A program made the position numbers and the translations under genes. A DNA stretch of 27,960 nt from a virus. Lineage: Duplodnaviria; Caudoviricetes. The notes beneath the pieces are model-generated. The model did not search any database. It saw nothing but the letters and a program-made list of their open reading frames with translations, and was not told the origin of the DNA. Of this stretch, positions 19,048 to 26,327 are shown piece by piece. The stretch is taken from positions 1-27,960 of the IMG/VR virus record IMGVR_UViG_3300013132_000201. One strand, written 5' to 3'. The first letter of the stretch is position 1; each line of letters begins with the position of its first letter.

Positions 19048-19173
19048 TAAAATTGAGGGTGGATTGGGTGGGGAAGTTACATATATTATAAATAATAATA
19101 AATATATTTATATATATTATATAAAGAGTTGAAAACGATTTATAAATAATCCTATTACTTCCTACTTCTTTAT

Positions 19174-19202
19174 TTGACACATCTGTAGCAATTTGTTAGA
19201 CT
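19174..19202 (+). promoter_or_regulatory. Canonical housekeeping-sigma promoter TTGACA-N17-TAGACT (with TG extension)
   Basis: Perfect -35, 17-nt spacer, TG-T-TAGACT; predicted TSS about 19209. Confidence 0.8.
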
Positions 19203-19234
19203 AGACGAATGTCTTGCCGCCGCAAGGAGGAATA

Positions 19235-19795
19235 ATGACGAAAATAAAACTGCTAGGAGGTGTGTTAGTAATGGCAATGGTTATTACAGGATCTACCGTT
19301 GCCCTTGCACAAACACGCACCGAACAGGTGTATGCTAAGTCTGCACCTACTGCGACGGAGATGCCGCTTCCCGACAAATCCGTTATTGTAAAAAGATCTG
19401 CTGGGAAAGCGGTATCTGAGGATATGCCAGCTCAATGTGATAATTGGCTCGTAAAAGTTCTTAGAAATGCTGGTTTCCGTGGCGACAACCTGAGACAGGC
19501 ATGGGCAATTGTTATGCGTGAATCAGGGGGAAGAGAAGATGCTATATCTGCTACAGGAGATTATGGCATGTTTCAATTTAATAAAGTAGCATGGGGAGGA
19601 AAGGATTGGTGGGATACCAAACTTCTTCTTACCCGTGACTATAATGCTTCCATTGCTTTTATGATTAGTGATGGTGGCAGAACTTGGTATCCCTGGGATA
19701 TCGATGGTAAAGGAAATCACAAAGGTAACTATACATCTACGGGTGTTTATAATAAGTATCTTAAATGGTACAACGATTATCCTTGCGTAGTTTAA
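19235..19795 (+). CDS. Secreted lysozyme-fold lytic transglycosylase (SLT/Rpf-like), 186 aa
   Basis: AGGAGG RBS then MTKIKLLGG...ALA|Q signal peptide; catalytic AIVMRESGG and GDYGMFQFN motifs; W.PW near the C-terminus. Confidence 0.85.
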   Translation: MTKIKLLGGVLVMAMVITGSTVALAQTRTEQVYAKSAPTATEMPLPDKSVIVKRSAGKAVSEDMPAQCDNWLVKVLRNAGFRGDNLRQAWAIVMRESGGREDAISATGDYGMFQFNKVAWGGKDWWDTKLLLTRDYNASIAFMISDGGRTWYPWDIDGKGNHKGNYTSTGVYNKYLKWYNDYPCVV

Positions 19796-19796
19796 T

Positions 19797-19857
19797 AAGG
19801 AACCCCCTGCTAAATACAACCTTAATTTGGTGGTAAGACATGGCAGGGGGTTTCCTT
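19797..19857. terminator. Long hairpin between convergent genes, probable bidirectional terminator
   Basis: AAGGAA-CCCCCTGCTA ... TGGCAGGGGGTTTCCTT with an unusually large loop of about 28 nt. Confidence 0.7.
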
Positions 19858-19859
19858 TA

Positions 19860-20951
19860 TTACAAATCTCGTATTTGATGCATGACTGTGCTCCAGTCAC
19901 TTCCTCTTATTTCCATTGTTTGAGTTGCCTTGAGATTTTCAAAATTTCTTTTTGCTTCTTCTTTTCTAATTTTTGGATCTTCTAATTCTGATAAATGAGA
20001 AATCCATTCTTGTGGTGTATAGGCTACCCTACCTACCCCTTCCTTCTCTAGAAGCTCATATTCGGGGCTGTAGGAGGCAATAAATGGAACTCCAGCAGCA
20101 GCATACTCAAGACCCTTGATAGTTGACTTAGCATGATTGAACTCAATGTTATTCAATGGGACAATTCCTACGTCAATCTTTTTAAAAAGCTCTGGATATT
20201 TTGTAATGGGTTTCATAGGCTCAAATGTTGTTTTTACACTTGCTGGAAGATTAAGTTGATCCGATGCTTTATTTGCATTTTTAATATTTCCAGAATGATG
20301 AAATGAAAGTCTTCTTGATGCCATATATTCACCAAGGAACGGATCAAGTGTTTCAAGATCCATAGATCTCCAAGGTGTTGCTCCTACCCATCCAACTGTA
20401 GGAAGCCAGCCAGCATGATCATTACGTTGTCTCCATCGATCAATATCAACACCGTTTCTAACCATGAATACATTTTTTATCTTTTTTACATTTTTATAGA
20501 AATCATAAAGAAACGGAGTAGATGTAATAATTGCATCAGCATTATTGATAATAAACATATAATGATCTCTGTTGTTATCCTTATTCTTTTCTGGATCAGT
20601 CATTTTATGAGCAAGATTAGTTTCTGCTAAACCTTCAAACCAGTCATCAATATCAACAACAATTTTTTGCCCACCCTTTTTTGCATCAAGTACTTTTTCA
20701 GCAACAGAGCGAAGCATAATAAGTTTCATTACGATAATATCCCAGCCATGAATAGCTTTATCATCGGGAATTAAAAGACCAAATCCATGATCTTCATTAT
20801 AAGCAGGGAATCCTATTCCTACTCCCCACCCATGTTTTTCTAGCTCCTTCATAGGAAGGTAGCATCGATACCATGCACACCCGTTTGGCTCTAAAGGATC
20901 TGTTCCCCACGCCCAGTCGAATGTCAGGAATGATACTGTTGGATCTGACAC
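19860..20951 (-). CDS. Glycosyltransferase (GT-B, GT4-like)
   Basis: GCAWYRCYLP, KIVVDIDD, ADAIITSTP.L, VGWVG and DVGIVPL...FN..KS.IKGLEYAAAGVPFIAS motifs; promoter TGATACAAT at 20990-20982. Confidence 0.9.
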   Translation of the reverse strand: MSDPTVSFLTFDWAWGTDPLEPNGCAWYRCYLPMKELEKHGWGVGIGFPAYNEDHGFGLLIPDDKAIHGWDIIVMKLIMLRSVAEKVLDAKKGGQKIVVDIDDWFEGLAETNLAHKMTDPEKNKDNNRDHYMFIINNADAIITSTPFLYDFYKNVKKIKNVFMVRNGVDIDRWRQRNDHAGWLPTVGWVGATPWRSMDLETLDPFLGEYMASRRLSFHHSGNIKNANKASDQLNLPASVKTTFEPMKPITKYPELFKKIDVGIVPLNNIEFNHAKSTIKGLEYAAAGVPFIASYSPEYELLEKEGVGRVAYTPQEWISHLSELEDPKIRKEEAKRNFENLKATQTMEIRGSDWSTVMHQIRDL

Positions 20952-21001
20952 TGCATTCTCTCAATCTATAGTAGAAAAACTATTGTATCAAAATATTTAG
21001 A

Positions 21002-21038
21002 AAAAGAAAAGGGACTCCTAAGAGTCCCATTTTCTTTT
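21002..21038. terminator. Intrinsic terminator after the holin gene (bidirectional form)
   Basis: AAAAGAAAA-GGGACTC-ctaa-GAGTCCC-a-TTTTCTTTT. Confidence 0.85.
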
Positions 21039-21046
21039 ATGCTATA

Positions 21047-21316
21047 TTAACCACCACGCTTTGTTTTCTTAACTGGCACAGGTTCTGGTTCAGGCTCTGA
21101 TACTAAACTTGGTGTTCCAGTCTTTCCTACCTTGTAAGATAGAATTGATGTTGCATATGAAAGAATGGTGCCTCCAAGTGATAGACCAATAATAGTCTGC
21201 CAATCTGCTGTGAAAACATTAAATGCACCTGCGGTAACAAGTGCAAGAAAGAACTGGGCAAAAGTCTTGAGTGCTCTTTCGCTTGATTCTAACCAAAATG
21301 CTTTATTTGTTAACAT
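21047..21316 (-). CDS. Holin, r1t-like
   Basis: FW....ERA.KTFAQ signature, two hydrophobic segments, TPSLV and a basic tail; AGGAGG RBS. Confidence 0.85.
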   Translation of the reverse strand: MLTNKAFWLESSERALKTFAQFFLALVTAGAFNVFTADWQTIIGLSLGGTILSYATSILSYKVGKTGTPSLVSEPEPEPVPVKKTKRGG

Positions 21317-21325
21317 GTTTCCTCC

Positions 21326-21616
21326 TTATTCTTCTACTTTATCTTCTACTGGTGTTATAGGTTGTGCATTCCACATTTTAATATCCTGATATGTAGCACC
21401 ACCAATATATGCTGCAACAATGGCACCCATTAAACCAAAGGCACCAAGGGCAAGTGTTTCAGAAATTCCATTATCTTCAAGTTTAAATGTTACATAAGAA
21501 ATAATAGTTGCAGCGAATATTAGTGATCCAAATACTGCCCTTCTTCTAAATTTCCAAGAGGGCATAGCAGCAAGATTTTCTATTTGATAATCTGGCTTTT
21601 TCTTTTTTCCAGACAT
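21326..21616 (-). CDS. Two-TM membrane protein (holin-like or lysis accessory), probably leaderless
   Basis: W..RRR followed by two TM helices and YIGGAT..D; TGATATAAT (21631-21623) ends 6 nt before the ATG; no SD. Confidence 0.65.
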   Translation of the reverse strand: MSGKKKKPDYQIENLAAMPSWKFRRRAVFGSLIFAATIISYVTFKLEDNGISETLALGAFGLMGAIVAAYIGGATYQDIKMWNAQPITPVEDKVEE

Positions 21617-21633
21617 ATTTAAATTATATCAGG

Positions 21634-22596
21634 TTATTCTCGTACCCTGAGAATTACTACTCCAGAGCCACCACTACCTGGATTTGTTCCACCAGACGTT
21701 GTACCAGCACCGCCACCACCACCACCGCCGCCAGTAAAAGCAGTTCCAGACGTTGCACTTGATGTTGAAACATTTCCCGCTCCACCCCCACCTAATCCCC
21801 CAGATGATCTAGCAGAACTTGTATATGATGCACCACCACCTCCACCAGCAAAATAAACATCTGTTCCAGAAACCTGTCCAACAGATGCTGATGTAGCAAT
21901 AGTTGATGTAATTATTTTTGTAATAATTCCATTTCCACCAGTTCCTCCAACACCAGTTCTACCATTAGCTGTAAATCCTTGTTGTCCAGCTCCTCCTCCT
22001 CCTCCACCATTGGTCATTGTACTAGCTACTGATATACCAAAGCCACCATCATTTCCTGTAGTTGTTGTGCAAATTCCAACCTGAGTTGGACCTGTTGTAC
22101 CTGTTCCACCACCACCACCACCAGAACCTGAAGCAATTGTAGTTCCCATATCGGGTGGTAAACTAAGGGAGGATGAGCCACCACCACCCCCACCTGGAGC
22201 ATAATAGTTTCCTATTCTAGAAGGTCTACCATGATGACCACTAAAAGTCATAGGAACATTTTGTTCCCATGTTGTTCCGCCAGATCCAACTAAAACAGTT
22301 ACACTTCCACTATTAAAAAAAACATTTTTTACAGATAATGCGCCACCACCACCGCCACCACCACCAAATCCTGCTGCCCCACTACCACCACCACCAACAA
22401 CTAAGATATCTGCAAATCCAGATGTATTACAAACAATGGTGTTATTTGTTTTAAAAATCCAATATCTCCAGTTAATATTATCATTATCTGTAAATGTTGC
22501 CGTTACAACTGCAGATGAACTTGCAGGGTTTTGAAAAGCTGCTGGTGGATATATAAAAAAAGGTCTATTACTATTAGAAATTTTTGATAATGCCAT
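21634..22596 (-). CDS. Glycine-rich domain virion protein (polyglycine sandwich type), paralog 2
   Basis: DILVVGGGG...GGGGG...GGSGVVILR architecture. Confidence 0.8.
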   Translation of the reverse strand: MALSKISNSNRPFFIYPPAAFQNPASSSAVVTATFTDNDNINWRYWIFKTNNTIVCNTSGFADILVVGGGGSGAAGFGGGGGGGGALSVKNVFFNSGSVTVLVGSGGTTWEQNVPMTFSGHHGRPSRIGNYYAPGGGGGGSSSLSLPPDMGTTIASGSGGGGGGTGTTGPTQVGICTTTTGNDGGFGISVASTMTNGGGGGGAGQQGFTANGRTGVGGTGGNGIITKIITSTIATSASVGQVSGTDVYFAGGGGGASYTSSARSSGGLGGGGAGNVSTSSATSGTAFTGGGGGGGGAGTTSGGTNPGSGGSGVVILRVRE

Positions 22597-23498
22597 TATA
22601 TTCTCACCCTCAATATGACTATTCCAGATCCACCATTGCCCGCTGCATTTGAAAATGCAGTTCCCCTACTAGCTCCACCACCGCCTCCAGTAAATGCAGT
22701 TCCATTAGTTGCATTAGTAGTGCTAGCGGCACCTCCACCACCTAATCCACCACTACCTTGTGTGCTTGACCCACATGCTCCTCCACCACCACCAAAATAA
22801 AGATTTGCACTAGATACTTGTCCAACTGAAGCAGACGTAGCTATTGTAGTTGTAATAATAGTTGATATTATTCCAACTCCTCCACTTGCTCCAACACCAG
22901 ATGACCCGTTTGATCCTGCAGCTCCTGCTCCACCGCCTCCGCCGCCGCCAGTAGTATTTGGTGTTCCACCAGAATTTCCTTGTCCAGTTGTTCCAGAAGT
23001 TGCTGCTTGAGTAAAGCCATCACTACCTGAACCACCGCCACCAGATCCACCAAATGTTGCTGGTACACTTGAAGTATATCTTCCTGCTCCCCCTCCACCT
23101 CCTATAGCAATATATGGACCTATTTGTGAAGATCCACCACATCCACCACCACCGGTACTAAATGGACCAGATCCACCACGACCAACTAAAATTTCATGAA
23201 TATCAATATCAAAAAAAACATTTTGTAAATTTAAAACTCCTCCAGCACCTCCACCACCAGGACTTTCAGCATTAAAGAATCCTCCACCTCCACCACCAGC
23301 TACAACTAATATATCTGCAAAACCAGGCTCAATACATCTTATTTTTGTATTTCCTTTAAATATCCAGTATTTCCACAAAATACTATTAGTATCGGTAAAA
23401 GTATTAGTTATAGCGGGTGCAGATATAGGATCTTCAAAGATAGCAAAACCTGGAAGGCTTTCTGTTTTTTGTAATGTTGAAAGCTTATTAACAGCCAT
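22596..23498 (-). CDS. Glycine-rich domain virion protein, paralog 1
   Basis: Same architecture; shares FTD.N.I.W.YWIFK, GFADILVV, IATSASVGQVS and GTAFTGGGGG with its neighbour. Confidence 0.8.
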   Translation of the reverse strand: MAVNKLSTLQKTESLPGFAIFEDPISAPAITNTFTDTNSILWKYWIFKGNTKIRCIEPGFADILVVAGGGGGGFFNAESPGGGGAGGVLNLQNVFFDIDIHEILVGRGGSGPFSTGGGGCGGSSQIGPYIAIGGGGGAGRYTSSVPATFGGSGGGGSGSDGFTQAATSGTTGQGNSGGTPNTTGGGGGGGAGAAGSNGSSGVGASGGVGIISTIITTTIATSASVGQVSSANLYFGGGGGACGSSTQGSGGLGGGGAASTTNATNGTAFTGGGGGASRGTAFSNAAGNGGSGIVILRVRI

Positions 23499-23836
23499 TA
23501 TGATACCTCTGCTACAAATGCATTAAAACAAACGCTGGCAGATGATGCTGAAACTCTTACATATGTACCAGTTGCTATTGCTGCTCCAATACTGATAAAT
23601 ACACTATCATTTGGGGAAATTGTTGAACCAAAGACAAGATGATCAGCAGAGGTAGGATCAGATGCACTACCCGAAGATAATCCAATTCTATAGGTTTGTG
23701 CTGATGCAGTTGTATTGCATACTGAAATTGTTGAAATTACAGATGCAGAGGCTGATGTGGGTACAAAATATAGATTACTATATGTACCTATTGCTCCATT
23801 AGCAGCAATTCCTGATCTTTTATATGTATTAGCCAT
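23498..23836 (-). CDS. Small beta-sandwich virion accessory protein
   Basis: 112 aa, LY.VP....VISTISVCN...F..E.S pattern; GAGGTG RBS; promoter TGATATAAT at 23861-23853. Confidence 0.6.
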   Translation of the reverse strand: MANTYKRSGIAANGAIGTYSNLYFVPTSASASVISTISVCNTTASAQTYRIGLSSGSASDPTSADHLVFGSTISPNDSVFISIGAAIATGTYVRVSASSASVCFNAFVAEVS

Positions 23837-23873
23837 ATTTCACCTCTTTAAAATTATATCACAGGACTTTTAA

Positions 23874-25019
23874 TTAAATACATCCAAGGAAAAATGCTGT
23901 TTCAATACCGCCACTGCCACCAAGTTGATCATAGTTTGTTCCATTATTTGTAAATTCCCATGAGCCTGTTGATTCGTTCCATCGAATAGCGACATCTGTT
24001 GAGGATCCTCGTTCAACAATTATTGATACATTTGCTGTTGGAGATCCAGATTCTAATGCATTAAGAGTAACTGTACTTGCTGATACATTCATTGATTGCA
24101 AGTCTCCAGAAAGTACTGCAGATGATCCATTATTTAAAAATCTTACTTTACCCTGGTATGTATCAAGAACCATGTATGGATATGATCCAGCACCATTAAG
24201 TTTTATTTCTCCACCTTCATTTGTTCCATCCTGAGCACTTACTGTAAGATATGATGCAGTTGCATTTCCAATATTTGGAGTAGTTAATGTGGGCGATGTA
24301 GAAAGAACAACATTTCCTGCTCCAGTAGAGGTTGTCGTTCCTGTTCCACCATTTGCAACAGGAAGAGTTCCAGATACATGTGTTGTAAGACCTATTTTTC
24401 CCCAGGATGGTGGAGAACCAACTCCTCCAGCAATAAGTGCATTACCCGTTGCTACGTCTGCAAGTTTTCCAAGAGTTGTTGAGCTTGTAGCATAAAGAAG
24501 ATCTCCAATGGTGTATGAGGACTGTCCTGTTCCACCATATGCTGCATTGATAGTATTAGCATTCCATGTACCAATAGTTACTGTTCCCAAAGCTGTAGGA
24601 AGCGATCCAGATGATGCAAGATAAGCATCAACAATCCCTGCAATTTGAGGTGATGCAGAATTTGCTATTTCTTGTAGTACTTGAGTATTTTCTGAAAAGA
24701 AAAGGTCCATTGTGTCAATAAGATTTAAAATTGATTCCCATTGATCCCCACCTGGACTATTGCTATATGAATAAAATGTTCCATATGATGTACCAGAATC
24801 TGTTCTCAAAAATACATCATTATATTTTGGTGTTTCTCCAGTATTAATAGCAAATTGTGCTAAAGAAATAGAGTTTGGATTATATTCTCCAGTAAAAATT
24901 TGACTGCCACGTTCACCTTCAGGACCAATATCTATAGCAACAGTGATATCTGTTGGCGCAGCAGCTACATCAAGGTCATCTTCTGTAAGAACAACTTCAA
25001 ATGAACTATTAATTGGCAT
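23874..25019 (-). CDS. Fibre-like structural protein
   Basis: GP.G.RGS collagen-like stub, YGGTGQSSY..GDLLYA, GTLPVANGGTG and VERG...RWNE motifs. Confidence 0.7.
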   Translation of the reverse strand: MPINSSFEVVLTEDDLDVAAAPTDITVAIDIGPEGERGSQIFTGEYNPNSISLAQFAINTGETPKYNDVFLRTDSGTSYGTFYSYSNSPGGDQWESILNLIDTMDLFFSENTQVLQEIANSASPQIAGIVDAYLASSGSLPTALGTVTIGTWNANTINAAYGGTGQSSYTIGDLLYATSSTTLGKLADVATGNALIAGGVGSPPSWGKIGLTTHVSGTLPVANGGTGTTTSTGAGNVVLSTSPTLTTPNIGNATASYLTVSAQDGTNEGGEIKLNGAGSYPYMVLDTYQGKVRFLNNGSSAVLSGDLQSMNVSASTVTLNALESGSPTANVSIIVERGSSTDVAIRWNESTGSWEFTNNGTNYDQLGGSGGIETAFFLGCI

Positions 25020-25390
25020 TATGTTCCACCATAAGTATTTGTGATATCTCTAGTTACATTTATTGTTCCTGTAACAAGCGTATAAACATTTGATCCACCA
25101 CCGCTTGCACTTGCAGAAATCTCAACATCATAGACATATGATGCACCAGTTAAAGTTCTTCCAAATGAAGGTTGAATTATACATGTTACTTTTCCAGAAT
25201 TGGCATTTACACTAGCAGATATTGGTGATCCAACTACTGCACTAGCATTTCCTCTTTGTGTTGCAACAGTAAATAATCCAGAATATCCTGTAAGATCAAA
25301 GGTTGATCCATCACTTGCCTTTGGATTTATAACAAATTGATAACGATCACCTTGATAATATGAAATATTATTAGTTCCAGGAAAAGCCAT
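25019..25390 (-). CDS. Small beta-sandwich adaptor protein (BppU-N-like), paralog
   Basis: YYQGD..F, DLTGYS and YVYDVEI...TL..G.I.V motifs; promoter TGTTATAAT at 25416-25408. Confidence 0.65.
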   Translation of the reverse strand: MAFPGTNNISYYQGDRYQFVINPKASDGSTFDLTGYSGLFTVATQRGNASAVVGSPISASVNANSGKVTCIIQPSFGRTLTGASYVYDVEISASASGGGSNVYTLVTGTINVTRDITNTYGGT

Positions 25391-25419
25391 ATATTATCAC
25401 CACATTAATTATAACAGAG

Positions 25420-25770
25420 TTAAGATCTTTTAATGTCTTGTAAAGTGTTAATATTACCATTTAATAGTGTATATCTATTTTCACTATTTCCATTATCAGT
25501 AATTTCAACGTCATAAACATATGATGCACCAGTTAATAGCCTACCGTTTGTTGGAGATATTGTGCATAATATTTTATATGGAGTTGAGGCACTTATTTGA
25601 CAACTAGCAGAAAATATTTGTATACCAGAGTTACCGGATGATGTAGCAACACTAAACAGTGCAGAATAATTTGAAATATTCATAGACTCTCCATCTTCTT
25701 TTGGATATAAAAGAAACTGTAGAGTGTCACCTACATAATAATTGAAGTTATATTGATATGGAAATGCCAT
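25420..25770 (-). CDS. Small beta-sandwich adaptor protein (BppU-N-like), paralog
   Basis: Shares MAFP..N..YY.GD..QF and GR.LTGASYVYDVEI with its neighbour. Confidence 0.65.
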   Translation of the reverse strand: MAFPYQYNFNYYVGDTLQFLLYPKEDGESMNISNYSALFSVATSSGNSGIQIFSASCQISASTPYKILCTISPTNGRLLTGASYVYDVEITDNGNSENRYTLLNGNINTLQDIKRS

Positions 25771-25776
25771 AATTCC

Positions 25777-26313
25777 TCACAAACATCCAATAAAGAACGG
25801 GTCAAGACCAGCATCTGCAGCAGCAGTTGAAGCAATAGTAATTGCTCCAGAACTATTAGTAATACTAATATTTGTTCCAGCAGTTAATGTTGCTAATGTA
25901 TACCCCGTTCCATTTCCTATAAGAAGTTGACCATTAGTAGGAGTAGAAGTTAATCCTGTGCCACCACGACCTATTACTAATGTTCCAGAATCCATGTTTC
26001 CAACATTTGTATAATAAGATCCATGTTGACCATCAAGCAAGTCTGCATCTATATTAGAACCAGGGCCATCAACTTCTGCAATGGCGGTAGCAAGATTTTG
26101 GTTTACCCACATTGTTGATGCAGAATTATATGAAAGAATATCATTATCAGAAGGGCTACTAGAACTAGCTGATACTACATCTATCCATGCCCCATTAGAA
26201 TAAAGACGAACCTTATCTGTTACTGTGTTGTAATAAAGTTCTCCCTCGCTACCTGTTGCTGGATCTGATGCAAGATTAACTAGTCTTAATCCAGTTAAAA
26301 AGTTTCTTGCCAC
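25777..26313 (-). CDS. Fibre-like structural protein
   Basis: GELYYNT, DG.GS..DADLLDGQHGSYY, GGTG and NGQLLIGNGTGYTLATLTAG fibre motifs; AAGGAGG RBS with GTG start. Confidence 0.7.
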   Translation of the reverse strand: MARNFLTGLRLVNLASDPATGSEGELYYNTVTDKVRLYSNGAWIDVVSASSSSPSDNDILSYNSASTMWVNQNLATAIAEVDGPGSNIDADLLDGQHGSYYTNVGNMDSGTLVIGRGGTGLTSTPTNGQLLIGNGTGYTLATLTAGTNISITNSSGAITIASTAAADAGLDPFFIGCL

Positions 26314-26327
26314 AAATCCTCCTTAGA

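Noticed and set aside
19523-19900. 125-aa minus-strand ORF over the transglycosylase gene
   Set aside because: Crosses a terminator hairpin, overlaps two better-supported genes, and has no protein-like motifs.
21660-23300. CCA/CCT/CCG triplet runs as microsatellites or G-quadruplex arrays
   Set aside because: Fully explained by polyglycine codons with varied third positions.
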